From positions 1,922,001-1,986,000 of the forward strand of contig OZ024762.1 in NCBI GenBank assembly GCA_964016885.1: DNA of 64,000 nucleotides. Reading direction: 5' to 3'. The translations under genes and the position numbers were made by a program. This DNA comes from Eledone cirrhosa (taxonomy: Eukaryota). Of this stretch, positions 41,685 through 56,139 are shown in pieces. Within the stretch, counting starts at the first letter, position 1; the number at the start of each line of letters is the position of its first letter. The notes under the pieces were generated by a model, which worked only from the letters and a program-made list of their open reading frames with translations, searched no databases and was not told where the DNA came from.

Positions 41685-41769
41685 TACAACCCTCTTATCA
41701 CACATCCCCATCTCCACCTGCCTGGTTAGTCAAAGCAGGTGACAACAATGATCACAGACCATTTAATAC

Positions 41770-41805
<36 letters not shown>

Positions 41806-41998
41806 TACAATATACATATATGTATATACATGCATATATATATGTATGCATGTATATATAATGTATGTCTGTTTATATATATATATATATATAATACATT
41901 TAAAATGAATACAATTACACACACATAAATACACGTGTGCACACGCACACGTACACACACACACAATATATATTATATATTTTTTTTTTTTAGGAATG

Positions 41999-42265
41999 AT
42001 CGACTTTCGTCAAATCGGACCGAGGAAACAATGTTTCCATTGGTCTTTCCAGTTGTGAAGGCGCGTGGCTGAGTGGTTAGGGAATTGGATTCGCAATCGT
42101 AAGGTTGTCAGTTCGATTCCTGGACCAGGCGATGCATTATGTCCTTGAGCAAGACACTTTATTTCACGTTGCTCCTTCTACCTGGAGTTGCGACTGATAG
42201 ATAGTACTAGCAATTGGAAAGACCAACGGAAACATTGTTCCTCGGTCCGATTTGACAAAAAGTCG

Positions 42266-42267
<2 letters not shown>
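41999..42267. mobile_element. Inverted repeat (~57-bp arms) enclosing a SINE head
   Basis: tcgactttcgtcaaatcggaccgaggaaacaatgtttcc..tggtctttcca / tggaaagacca..ggaaacattgttcctcggtccgatttgac..aaagtcga; SINE at 42057-42175. Confidence 0.7.
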
Positions 42268-42313
<46 letters not shown>

Positions 42314-42342
42314 AGAGATATAGCATATCTAAGAACTGACTA

Positions 42343-42398
42343 ACTGCTTGATGAGGTCATAGCCATTCAATGGCTATCATCGAAATATATATAGCAGT
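42343..42398 (+). ncRNA. Hammerhead family C with a C3U core change
   Basis: ACTGC-TTGATGA-GGTCATAGCCATTCAATGGCTATCATC-GAAA-TATATA-TA-GCAGT. Confidence 0.6.
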
Positions 42399-42562
42399 AA
42401 ATAAAGGATTATAAGTTCATGCAATTGACTTATGTTTCATCACTATATATATATATATCAGTTACTGTCCCACCCTTGCAAGCAGGGAAAAGCAGACGTA
42501 AAATTATGATGATGATATATATGTAAATGAAACTTCCTTATTTTTTCTATTATATATATATC

Positions 42563-42660
<98 letters not shown>

Positions 42661-42701
42661 AGAAACATAAGTCAATTGCATGAACTCATAATCCTTTATT
42701 T

Positions 42702-42757
42702 ACTGCTATATATATTTCGATGATAGCCATTGAATGGCTATGACCTCATCAGGCAGT
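42702..42757 (-). ncRNA. Type I hammerhead ribozyme, family C (intact)
   Basis: Minus strand: ACTGC-CTGATGA-GGTCATAGCCATtcaATGGCTATCATC-GAAA-TATATA-TA-GCAGT. Confidence 0.8.
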
Positions 42758-42786
42758 TAGTCAGTTCTTAGATATGCCATATATCT

Positions 42787-42827
<41 letters not shown>

Positions 42828-42951
42828 ATATAATAATAATGAAATTATTGTGTAAAGTGCTCAGGTGCAATGTATAGTACATAGAAGTATATATGTATAT
42901 ATGTACATATGTATATATATATGTATATATGTATATATGTATGTATGTATG

Positions 42952-42984
<33 letters not shown>

Positions 42985-43284
42985 GTATATGTATATGTGT
43001 ATATGTATGTGTGGACCCATAGCTCCTAGTTGAGTCATAGGGTAACCATAGAGACACACAGCTCTCTTCTTCCAGAAAAGAACAGAGAAAGAAATAGATA
43101 GAGAAGAAGAATTGACCCCAGTATTTGATTGGTACTAGTTTATTTTATCAACCTCGAAAGGATAAAAGGTAAAGATGACTTTGCTGGGATATGAACTTAG
43201 AGGGTACTGAGATAGAGAACACTGCAAAGCATTTTATCTGATGTTCTAACGACTCTGACAATTCGCCGTATTTTTCAATTGCAA

Positions 43285-43765
43285 GAATTGCAGAAGCTGG
43301 TGCAGTAATGCACCAGATTCTGCATTCAGTAATCAGCAAGGAGGTAGGTGTAAAAGACAAGCTGGTTATCTTCAATTTGGTTTTCATGCCAACCCTTACC
43401 TACGGTCATGAATCTTGGGTGACGACCGAAAGAATACGATCGCAAATATAAACAACTGAAATGGGGTTCCTCCAAATGGTCTTCGGAGTAATGCTACTTG
43501 ATCAGAAATCAGAAATTCACTCCAAGTAAAGCCATTACTTTTCTGAATTGAGAGATCACAGTTCAGATGCTATGGACATATGGTTAGAATGTCTCAGGAA
43601 AGAAACACTGGACAGATTTTACAGGCAAAACCAACCAACAGGAGACCCAGGGGTAGACCCCGAGCAAGATGGTTGGATAACACCAATGAGTTTGGCTGGT
43701 CTTGCTTGGAGATCCAGCTGGATCAGTTGGAAACAGTTGCTTTTGACAGGACCCACTGGAAGGAG
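43285..43765 (+). mobile_element. Degenerate RTE-clade LINE, C-terminal ORF fragment
   Basis: RIAEAGAVM...KLVIFNLVFMPTLTYGHESWVTTERIRSQI*TTEMGFL...YGHMVRMSQER...RRPRGRPRARWLD, with stops and frameshifts. Confidence 0.85.
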
Positions 43766-44194
43766 AGTATATTTATGTATATGTGTGTATATATATATAT
43801 ACACACATATACATTTATATACATATATATATATATTTATATATGCATCTAAATATGTATGAGTATTTGTGTGTATCAAATACACTGGGTAATTTCTGGC
43901 CTTGTGCCAAAAGTAGAAACAAGTATATATTTATTTATTATAAAAACAGATTAAAGTTTAAGCAAAGAATTGCTGCATTCACCCTTAATATATACATATA
44001 TATATCTTCTATATATAATCCTTATTGAGCCCTCTTTACATTTTAGTCTTGACATTTATTATTACTATATATATATATATATATATATATACAACCATAT
44101 ATATATATATATATATATACATACATATAAATATACATATATATATATACATACATATATATATACATACACACATATATATATATATATACAT

Positions 44195-44231
<37 letters not shown>

Positions 44232-45092
44232 TCTAATTATGTGTGACTGTGGGTCTGTATGTATACATAATATATATATATATATATATACATATATACA
44301 CACATACACATATACACACATGTAAGTAGAATGTATTAAATAAAATCCTTGCCCAGTTGTTTGTCTAAAACCAAGAGATTTATGTTAATCTGTTTGTTTA
44401 TAAAATACTTAAACTCTATTCTTTATTCTCTTATTCCAGTATTCTCTCCCCACTGTCTCTAAATCCTTTAACTTATATAATCCATAAAGGTATCTCTTAT
44501 TCCTCTATTCTGTTATAACCACCACCACCACCACACTTCTTGTCTCACTCTTTAAATCCATGATCACAGCAGCTGTCCTCTGTCACTATCTAAACAGTAT
44601 ATGTGTGACAGTGTGTGACTGTGTGACAGTGTGTGACACTGTGTAAGTGTGGGGCCCTATACTGGTCCCTTCCTCTTCCTAGCTTGGTGTGGGGGGTACA
44701 TGTCATATCTGGCCTGGATCCAATGTTACATAAACATAAGGACCAAGGCCTCAGCCTTTCGGGTATTTTGGGGTCCCTTCAGACACTTCAAACTTTCATC
44801 CCAGCACAGCAAAAAGAATTGATGGGTCCCTTGTATTTTCATGGTAAAGTCTTTACCTCACATAAATATCTCCCATAATATCAAATCTATGAGTTTTTGA
44901 TGTTGTCTATTTTGAGAACAATACGTTAACATCAGTATGAGTGGCCAGTTACGGCTGGTTTGAAGAGAAAGGGGTCAAAGAATTCTGATCAGATAGGGCC
45001 GGTTTAAATGCTAAAGGGTTAATTCAGCAATACAAGCTACTAAATAACATTTAATTATCACAGATAATTAATTAGAATACAAATTAACTTAC

Positions 45093-46230
45093 GTTTAGAA
45101 AATATCCATTGGAGGTTGGTTGATTGTTGTTAGACTGAATATCTTTGTTAACGAACAAGCCATGACCAAAATTGGGAAGTTCCGGTACTTTAAAGACTTC
45201 CTGCTGTCAAAACAGATCGGTCCAATATTAAAAGACTGCCTGCGGTCAATTTTGGACAAAGTCCTGAATAAGAAGACTGGCTATTATTAAACTTGACAGG
45301 TCCATTACCAAAACACTCTCCCTTCCCTGCTAAAAGTGAACAAAATAAACAAGAATCTATGTAGTATTTTTCATGGCTGTAAGATGATGTAGAGAGAGTT
45401 TCTTTGGCTGGTGTAACTTCCAAGTTTTCATTTGTAAAAACTTAATATGTTCCATGTAATATATACCAAGGTGGTGATAAGAAAACATTTGAAACTTTTA
45501 AAACTTGTTTCGTTTTTTGGGGAGGGTTTTTTTCCAGTTGTTACCGTTTTTTTTTTCTTTCTTTCTCTTTAAGTAGAAACTCTCTAGGGAATTATTAACA
45601 TTCTGGGAGCTTGGTGTTTCATTTGTGAAAGCTTAGCACATTCCAGATAATATAATATCAAGGTGCTAGTAATAATACAGGGGTCAGTTTCAAAGTTGTT
45701 TCTAAGTCCAAACAAACTGTAAATGAAAATGTAAGTAGTTTGGGAGATTAGTTTTTTTTTCATTTATGGAAAAGATTAACAAGTTACAGATAAATATATC
45801 AAGGTGATGTAAATAAGTTAAAAGGGGTTTTTCTTTTTTAGTTGGGGAAAGGGGAGAACTTTTTCAGGCCCTTTCTTTTTAAGTCCAAACTGTATACTAA
45901 TAAAATGAATGAAATATTTAGTAGTTTGGGACAAGGTACAGATAAATTTATGAAGGGAATGTAAAATAATACATTGGGGAATAAAAAAAGTTAAAAGGGT
46001 TTTTTTCTCTTTTAGTTAAGAGGAGGAGAGAGAATTTTTTCAGGAGGGTCCTTTTCTTTTTTAAGTCCAATCAGTATATGAATAAAATGAATGAAATGTG
46101 TTTAGTAGTTTTGGGGGAGGCTGGTTGTCGAGGAAGGGTTAACACGGTCAGTTCTCTCTCTGGATTCAACCACCCTCCTAATCCTGTCGTTGCACACCAA
46201 TTAAGTCAGCTTCTCTTTCAACATCCTGCT
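45093..46230 (-). other. Candidate 5' non-coding exon/promoter region of the receptor gene
   Basis: Repeat-poor unique block ending in a consensus donor AAC|gtaagt at 45092; the ATG exon has an acceptor at 23738 that needs an upstream exon; 5' limit not defined. Confidence 0.3.
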
Positions 46231-47262
46231 AGCTTAGGTTATGTACATTCTGTTTTCTATGGGTATCTCTCTCTCTCTCTCTTTTTGTGTGTGTATGTGT
46301 ATATGAGTGTGTGAATGTGTGTGTTTTGTATTTTTTTCTTTGTTCAGTTTCTTTTTTTTTTTTTTTTCTCCCTTCTTCCTCACACCCTGTTCAATGACAA
46401 AAAGTTCAGTTGCCAGGGTTTGTGATAATGGTCTGTTGTGATAATTTTCTTTTTTCACGGAAGAAGCAAGGATGAGAAGAGAGAAAAAGAGAGAAAGAGA
46501 AAAAAATTAAAGAACAAAAAGGTTAGAGAGAGAGAGATGTTGGTAGAAGAGGGAGGTGGTGGTGGTGGATGTGTTGTTGCTGATGGAGGTGGTAACGTTG
46601 GTGATGGTGGTGGTTGATAATAATGGTGGTGATGGTGAGGGTGGTGGTGAGGGTGGGGGTTGATGGGGGGAGATAGTGGTGATAATAATGTTGGCGATGG
46701 TGGGGGGAGGGTGATAACAATGGTGGCGGTGGTGATGGCGGTAGGGGGAGGGGTCGTGATAGTGGTGGGAGTATTTAATGGTGGTGGTGGTGGTGATAGG
46801 GATGGTTATGATCGAGTGGAGGGGGGCGGTGGTTGTGGTGGTGGTGGGGTTTACAAAAAAGGGAGAGTAATGAAAGGTAGAGAGAGAGAGAGAGAGAAGC
46901 AGTGTAAAGTGTTAACGGGGGGGGGGGCGCTGATGAATGATGCTGTGGTGGGGGGGACTGGTCTTTGTTGATTAAGGCCCTCATTCTGAGGAAGAGAAAG
47001 AGAGGGGGAGGGGCCTTTATTAAGTGTGTATGTATATAGAGGGGGACGGCAGCGGATGCAGGGAGGGGGGATAATAAGGTTGTGGCTCTAGGAGGAGGAG
47101 GGGAGTGATATGAGGGGGTGGGGGCCCTGTTAAGTGTGTATGTAGAGGGGGGAGGATATAGCTGTGAAGCAACAGCCTCTTTACCCCCCCCTCCCCTCAC
47201 AGCTCCAATTTCTCATATATATAAATTATCATTGCATGATGTGACGCACACTTTCTGTAGAT

Positions 47263-47295
<33 letters not shown>

Positions 47296-47297
47296 AC

Positions 47298-47364
<67 letters not shown>

Positions 47365-47421
47365 CATATATATATATACATATATATATATACATATATA
47401 TATATACATATATATATATAC

Positions 47422-47490
<69 letters not shown>

Positions 47491-47529
47491 TTAATAGATT
47501 AGATATATATATATATATGATATTATATA

Positions 47530-47577
<48 letters not shown>

Positions 47578-47640
47578 ATATGAATATATATATATATATA
47601 TACATATATATATGTACATATATATGATATTATATATGAA

Positions 47641-47727
<87 letters not shown>

Positions 47728-48072
47728 GTATATATGATATATATATATATATATGTATATATATGATATATATATATGATATATATATATATGATATATA
47801 TATGATATATATATATATCATATACATATATATATATATATATGTATATATATGATATATATATATGATATATATATATATATATGATATATATATATAC
47901 ATACATATATAGGACTATATATATATACATATATATATATATACATACATACATATATATGACTATATATATATATATACACATATATATATATATGATA
48001 TATATATATATATTCATATATATATATATATGATATATATATATATATTCATATATATGATATATATATATC

Positions 48073-48123
<51 letters not shown>

Positions 48124-48364
48124 TAATATTATACACAGTTTCACTCTCAACTCATCTCTACTTGGCCGTTCACACCCAGAGACACTGCACACAATTGTTG
48201 TTATAACGGAAATTTTACCTCTACATGAAATCCTCTTTGAAAGTTTCATCATCATGGCATGATGGTTGCATGGATCACCTTCACTCTTCTTCTCCATCCA
48301 TACCAGTTCTCCATGGCTCATGGCAGGTCACCCATCTTGCATTCACCACCCTCACATAGCTGCC

Positions 48365-49447
48365 TGGTGTCGGTTCTGTGAGGTTTGCCCACACTGGAAT
48401 AGCTGTCTGGTGTAGGTTCTGTGAGGTTTGCCCACTCTGGAATAGCTGTCTGGTGTAGGTTCTGTGAGGTTTGCCCACACTGGAATAGCTGTCTGGTGTA
48501 GGTTCTGTGAGGTTTGCCCACTCTGGAATAGCTGTCTGGTGTAGGTTCTGTGAGGTTTGCCCACACTGGAATAGCTGTCTGGTGTAGGTTCTGTGAGGTT
48601 TGCCCACACTGGAATAGCTGTCTGGTGTAGGTTCTGTGAGGTTTGCCCACTCTGGAATAGCTGTCTGGTGTAGGTTCTGTGAGGTTTGCCCACTCTGGAA
48701 TAGCTGTCTGGTGTAGGTTCTGTGAGGTTTGCCCACACTGGAATAGCTGTCTGGTGTAGGTTCTGTGAGGTTTTCCCACACTGGAATAGCTGTCTGGTGT
48801 AGGTTCTGTGAGGTTTGCCCACTCTGGAATAGCTGTCTGGTGTAGGTTCTGTGAGGTTTGCCCACACTGGAATAGCTGTCTGGTGTAGGTTCTGTGAGGT
48901 TTGCCCACACTGGAATAGCTGTCTGGTGTAGGTTCTGTGAGGTTTGCCCACTCTGGAATAGCTGTCTGGTGTAGGTTCTGTGAGGTTTGCCCACTCTGGA
49001 ATAGCTGTCTGGTGTAGGTTCTGTGAGGTTTGCCCACTCTGGAATAGCTGTCTGGTGTAGGTTCTGTGAGGTTTGCCCACACTGGAATAGCTGTCTGGTG
49101 TAGGTTCTGTGAGGTTTGCCCACACTGGAATAGCTGTCTGGTGTAGGTTCTATGAGGTTTGCCCACTCTGGAATAGCTGTCTGGTGTAGGTTCTGTGAGG
49201 TTTGCCCACTCTGGAATAGCTGTCTGGTGTAGGTTCTGTGAGGTTTGCCCACACTGGAATAGCTGTCTGGTGTAGGTTCTGTGAGGTTTGCCCACACTGG
49301 AATAGCTGTCTGGTGTAGGTTCTGTGAGGTTTGCCCACACTGGAATAGCTGTCTGGTGTAGGTTTTGTGAGGTTTGCCCACACTGGAATAGCTGTCTGGT
49401 GTAGGTTCTGTGAGGTTTGCCCACACTGGAGTAGCTGTCTGGTGTAG
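48365..49447. repeat. 43-bp minisatellite, ~25 near-identical copies (CTGGAATAGCTGTCTGGTGTAGGTTCTGTGAGGTTTGCCCAC[A/T])
   Basis: Direct periodicity with mainly one A/T variant site; no spacers. Confidence 0.95.
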
Positions 49448-50097
49448 GAGGTTACCACCAGGCTCGGTAGATAGCTAAGGCTATATATGTGATCAAGATA
49501 TTTGAGCAAGACATTTGTTAAAGTTACCAAGTTGATTGTTGGCTCAAAACCTTTGACCTGAATAGTTTCTTCAAACCACAATCTAGGTTAATTCCACCAT
49601 CTTCTTCTTCCCTTGTCTAGTAGTCCACCCCTTCTTCCTCTTCCTCGTAATCTTCTTCTTCTTCCGTCTCAATCTTCACTTGATCTGCTTTTTACAGCTG
49701 CTGCTCTTCTGTGGCGTGTGATATATACATACACACATATATAGATGCATATATACATATATATATATTCATACACACACATATATAGATGCATATATAC
49801 ATATATTCATACATACATATATACATATATTCATACATACATATATACATATATTCATACATACATATATTCATACATACATATATTCATACATACATAT
49901 ATTCATACATACATATATACATATATTCATACATACATATATATATATATTCATACATACATATATATATATATTCATACATACATATATATATATATTC
50001 ATACATACATATATATATATATTCATACATACATATATATATATATTCATACATACATATATATATATATTCATATATACATATATATATATATTCA

Positions 50098-50128
<31 letters not shown>

Positions 50129-50247
50129 TCATACATACATATATACATATATATATATATTCATACATACATATATACATATATATTCATACATACATAT
50201 ATACATATATATATATATTCATACATACATATATACATACATACATA

Positions 50248-50286
<39 letters not shown>

Positions 50287-50501
50287 TAAACAACAGTGAT
50301 GATGATGATATATATATATATATACATACACACTTCCTTCTATATTAAGACTCTGTTAATCCCCCCTCCCCGCTACTGTCTTCCTTTTTAAAGCTGATAA
50401 ATTGCTAAAGGTTAAATCTCTCCCCTACACTCACTGTAACTCTCCCTCTCTCCCCTACACTCCCTGTAACTCTCCCTCTATCTCCCCTACTCACCCGTTA
50501 A

Positions 50502-50719
50502 CCCTTTACCATTTACATTACTCTATATATATATATATACTATTATATTTTCATGGTAAAGACTTTACCTCACATAATTATCTCACATAATATCGAATCT
50601 ATGAGATTTTGAAAGTATTTATTTTGAGAACAATACCTTAACATCAGTATGAGTGACCAGTTACAGCCAGTTTCAACAGAAAAAGGTAGAGAATTCTGGC
50701 CGGTTTGAACACTAAAGAG
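50502..50719 (+). mobile_element. Complete piggyBac-type MITE
   Basis: TTAA|CCCTTTACC...CTAAAGAG|TTAA. Confidence 0.8.
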
Positions 50720-50785
50720 TTAAGCACTATTCCAAAGATTCACAACTTCTTTCTAAATGGCATCATTGTTATAAAAAAAATTCTA

Positions 50786-51081
50786 AATAAACCTAAGAGG
50801 AAAAACTTAAAAATGGTCATCGCGGACCACTCTGACTGGTCAGGTGGGCCGGATTGTGGCCCGTGGGCCGCCTGCTGCACACCCCTGGTTCTGGTCTGGT
50901 GGGCCGGATTGTGGCCCGCAGGCCGCCTGCTGCACACCCCTGGTTCTGGTCTGGTGGGCCGGATTGTGGCCCGTGGGCCGCCTGCTGCACACCCCTGGTT
51001 CTGGTCTGGTGGGCCGGATTGTGGCCCGTGGGCCGCCTGCTGCACACCCCTGGTTCTGGTCTGGTGGGCCGGATTGTGGCC
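50786..51081 (+). mobile_element. hAT-type right terminus tandemly repeated (55-bp unit, ~4.5 copies)
   Basis: GGGCCGGATTGTGGCCCGTGGGCCGCCTGCTGCACACCCCTG resembles hAT/Charlie ends (GGCCCGCGGGCC...ACCCCTG). Confidence 0.65.
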
Positions 51082-51094
51082 ACGCCTGTATCAC

Positions 51095-54000
51095 TACTAA
51101 TAGACACTCTACTAATAGTATTACCACAACAACAACAGATACTACTGATACTATTACAACAACAACAGATACTACTAATACTATTACAACTACAACAGAT
51201 ACTACTGATACTATTACAACAACAACAGATACTACTAATACTATTACAACTACAACAGATACTACTGATACTATTACAACAACAACAGATACTACTAATA
51301 CTATTACAACTACAACAGATACTACTGATACTATTACAACAACAGATACTACTAATACTATTACAACAACAACAGATACTACTGATACTATTACAACAAC
51401 AGATACTACTAATACTATTACAACAACAACAGATACTACTAATACTATTACAACAACAGATACTACTAATACTATTACAACAACAACAGATACTACTGAT
51501 ACTATTACAACAACAGATACTACTAATACTATTACAACAACAGATACTACTAATACTATTACAACAACAGATACTACTAATACTATTACAACAACAACAG
51601 ATACTACTAATACTATTACAACAACAACAGATACTACTAATACTATTACAACAACAGATACTACTAATACTATTACAACAACAACAGATACTACTAATAC
51701 TATTACAACAACAACAGATACTACTAATACTATTACAACAACAGATACTACTAATACTATTACAACAACAACAGATACTACTAATACTATTACAACAACA
51801 ACAGATACTACTAATACTATTACAACAACAACAGATACTACTAATACTATTACAACAACAACAGATACTACTAATACTATTACAACAACAGATACTACTA
51901 ATACTATTACAACAACAACAGATACTACTAATACTATTACAACAACAACAGATACTACTAATACTATTACAACAACAACAGATACTACTAATACTATTAC
52001 AACAACAACAGATACTACTAATACTATTACAACAACAACAGATACTACTAATACTATTACAACAACAGATACTACTAATACTATTACAACAACAACAGAT
52101 ACTACTAATACTATTACAACAACAACAGATACTACTAATACTATTACAACAACAGATACTACTAATACTATTACAACAACAACAGATACTACTAATACTA
52201 TTACAACAACAACAGATACTACTAATACTATTACAACAACAGATACTACTAATACTATTACAACAACAACAGATACTACTAATACTATTACAACAACAAC
52301 AGATACTACTAATACTATTACAACAACAACAGATACTACTAATACTATTACAACAACAACAGATACTACTAATACTATTACAACAACAACAGATACTACT
52401 AATACTATTACAACAACAACAGATACTACTAATACTATTACAACAACAGATACTACTAATACTATTACAACAACAACAGATACTACTAATACTATTACAA
52501 CAACAACAGATACTACTAATACTATTACAACAACAGATACTACTAATACTATTACAACAACAACAGATACTACTAATACTATTACAACAACAACAGATAC
52601 TACTAATACTATTACAACAACAGATACTACTAATACTATTACAACAACAACAGATACTACTAATACTATTACAACAACAACAGATACTACTAATACTATT
52701 ACAACAACAACAGATACTACTAATACTATTACAACAACAACAGATACTACTAATACTATTACAACAACAACAGATACTACTAATACTATTACAACAACAA
52801 CAGATACTACTAATACTATTACAACAACAACAGATACTACTAATACTATTACAACAACAACAGATACTACTAATACTATTACAACAACAGATACTACTAA
52901 TACTATTACAACAACAACAGATACTACTAATACTATTACAACAACAGATACTACTAATACTATTACAACAACAGATACTACTAATACTATTACAACAACA
53001 GATACTACTAATACTATTACAACAACAGATACTACTAATACTATTACAACAACAACAGATACTACTAATACTATTACAACAACAGATACTACTAATACTA
53101 TTACAACAACAGATACTACTAATACTATTACAACAACAACAGATACTACTAATACTATTACAACAACAACAGATACTACTAATACTATTACAACAACAGA
53201 TACTACTAATACTATTACAACAACAGATACTACTAATACTATTACAACAACAACAGATACTACTAATACTATTACAACAACAACAGATACTACTAATACT
53301 ATTACAACAACAACAGATACTACTAATACTATTACAACAACAACAGATACTACTAATACTATTACAACAACAACAGATACTACTGATACTATTACAACAA
53401 CAGATACTACTAATACTATTACAACAACAACAGATACTACTAATACTATTACAACAACAGATACTACTAATACTATTACAACAACAGATACTACTAATAC
53501 TATTACAACAACAGATACTACTAATACTATTACAACAACAGATACTACTAATACTATTACAACAACAGATACTACTAATACTATTACAACAACAGATACT
53601 ACTAATACTATTACAACAACAACAGATACTACTAATACTATTACAACAACAGATACTACTAATACTATTACAACAACAACAGATACTACTAATACTATTA
53701 CAACAACAACAGATACTACTAATACTATTACAACAACAACAGATACTACTAATACTATTACAACAACAACAGATACTACTAATACTATTACAACAACAAC
53801 AGATACTACTGATACTATTACAACAACAGATACTACTGATACTATTACAACAACAACAGATACTACTAATACTATTACAACAACAACAGATACTACTGAT
53901 ACAACAATAGTTAGTGCTACTCAAAAGCAACAGTAACAACAACAACTATAAGAACTGTAACAACAACAGTAACAACAGCTATAAGAACAACAACAACAGT

Positions 54001-54202
54001 AACAACAACTATAAGAACAACTATAACAACAACAGTAACAACTATAAGAACAACAACAACAACAGCTATAAGAACAACAACAACTATAAGAACAACAGTA
54101 ACAACTATAAGAACAACAACAACAACTATAAGAACAACAACAACAGTAACAACAGCTATAAGAACAAGAACAACAGTAACTATAACTGTAACAACAACAA
54201 CA
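51095..54202. repeat. 2.8-kb 27/30-bp triplet-derived minisatellite ((ACA)3-4 GAT ACT ACT AAT ACT ATT) followed by an (AAC)-rich tract
   Basis: Direct periodicity; produces three ~1000-aa artefact ORFs. Confidence 0.9.
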
Positions 54203-54331
54203 ATGGCCATTTCTGGAGAAGGGGACACAGTGAGATAACTCACGCCTTTTCTCATGGAACAACCTGAGAGAGGGGGAGAGGGAAGAGAAAGAAAGAGACT
54301 ATGGTCGTTTCAACAGCTAGTTCCTCCATTC

Positions 54332-54373
<42 letters not shown>

Positions 54374-54391
54374 TGTATGTGTGTGTATGTA

Positions 54392-54426
<35 letters not shown>

Positions 54427-54585
54427 ATGTGTGTGTGTGTGTGTGTGTATGTATGTGTGTGTGTGTGTGTGTGTGTGTTAAGTATTTCCGTAGAAAAGGT
54501 AAAGAGTGCTCTATGTATTGTACAGAGCTATTTAATTACATAATAAACACAGTATAATTATTCCATTATATTGTGTTGTTTATTA

Positions 54586-54630
<45 letters not shown>

Positions 54631-54776
54631 ATAATAACAAATGCGAAGACTAAAATCCAAAGAGGGCTCAATAAACGATTCTTTGCTTAAACTTTAATCT
54701 GTTATTTTAATATATATATATATATATTATAAAATAACAGGAAGCTGGACTGGTGTAATTCCTTAAAAGGTTTATT

Positions 54777-54834
54777 ATACTATGATCATTTCAATGATCA
54801 GGTTCAGTATGAATCCAGTGACATCATCAGGTAT
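54777..54834 (-). ncRNA. Type I hammerhead ribozyme, family G
   Basis: Minus strand: ATAC-CTGATGA-TGTCActGGATTCAtacTGAACCTGATCAtt-GAAA-TGATCA-TA-GTAT; stem III palindrome ATGATCAT. Confidence 0.6.
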
Positions 54835-55093
54835 TCGAAATATAACAAAGGAATATAATAGAAAAAAATCGATGGGGCTGAAAATCAGAGACATGAGGGC
54901 GACCGAACATTTAGCAGCTTCTACCCTGGTCAGCCACACATATTTATATACATATATATTAGTAGTACAGATTAAAGTTTAAGCAAAGAATTTAATTAAT
55001 CTGTAGATACAGAAGTCTTCAGCATCTACAGATTAATTTTTCCCAGTTTCAGAAGACCCTGTTATGGGTGAAAGCAGAAAATTGTTTGCTTAG

Positions 55094-55295
55094 CCCTTTA
55101 GCATTTAGAGTACTCCATATTTACAATTATATTTTCATGGTAAAGGCTTTACCTCACATAATATCAAATCTATGAGATTTTTATATTATTTACTTTGAGG
55201 ACAATACCTTAACATCAGTATGAGCAGCCGGTTTGTTCAAACAAAATGAGGTGAGAGAATTCTGGCCCGATATGGCGAGTTTAAATGCTAAAGGG
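55094..55295 (+). mobile_element. piggyBac-type MITE inserted into a family-D hammerhead
   Basis: ...GAAAGCAG...TTTGC-TTAG|CCCTTTAGCATTT...ATGCTAAAGGG|TTAA-ACT. Confidence 0.8.
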
Positions 55296-55609
55296 TTAAA
55301 CTTTAATCTGTACTAATAATATTTGCTCTACAAGTTTATATATACTCATATATATATATATATATATATATACAATCTTCAGATTTTGGTCTTTGTATTT
55401 ATTATTATATATCATCACCATTTAAGATCCATTTTTCACACTGGCATGGGTTAGAGGGGTCATCCACATTATGAGATGGTCAGATTGGCCACACCAGCCC
55501 TTGCTCAGACTATAAATTTGGCTGGCATTTTTACAGCTGGTTGCCCTTCCTAACACCAAGAACATATATGTTGTTGGTGTTAGGAAGGGCATCCAGCTGT
55601 AAAAATGCT

Positions 55610-55870
55610 GGCCAAATTATATATATATTATATATATAAACTTCCAAATTATATATATATTATATATATAAACTTCCAAATTATATATATATTATATATA
55701 TATATCAACTTCCAAATTATATATATATATATATATATATCAACTTCCAAATTATATATATATATATATATCAACTTCCAAATTATATATATATATATAT
55801 ATCAACTTCCAAATTATATATATATTATATATATCAACTTCCAAATTATATATATATATATATATCAATT
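55610..55870. repeat. Tandem CAACTTCCAAATT(AT)n units, about 8 copies
   Basis: Direct periodicity. Confidence 0.8.
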
Positions 55871-55928
55871 TCCCACCAGCCTTTAGGCCTATATAAAATA
55901 TATTCTTGAGGTTTGTACTTTCATTTAA

Positions 55929-56139
55929 CTCTTTAGCATTTAAAACGGCCAGAATTCTCTCACCTCTTTCTGTTCAAACTTGCTGTAGCTGGTTGCTCAT
56001 ACTGATTTTAAGGTATTGTTCTCAAAACAAATAATATCAAAATCTCAGAGAATCAATATTATGTGAGATAATTATGTAAGATGAAACCTTTACCACGAAA
56101 ATACAATAGTATATATAGAGTAATGTAAATGCTAAAGGG
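55929..56139 (-). mobile_element. Complete piggyBac-type MITE (reverse orientation)
   Basis: TTAA TSDs; TIR AAATGCTAAAGGG. Confidence 0.82.

Noticed and set aside
45190-45423. 77-aa minus-strand ORF
   Set aside because: Non-ATG start, no recognisable domain, no compatible splice chain
48281-49581. Three long overlapping ORFs and a CRISPR-like regular array
   Set aside because: Head-to-tail 43-bp minisatellite with no spacers; the ORFs arise because the unit has no stop on the minus strand
50817-53945. ~1000-aa Cys-rich and Gln/Leu-rich ORFs
   Set aside because: Alternative frames of a triplet-based minisatellite
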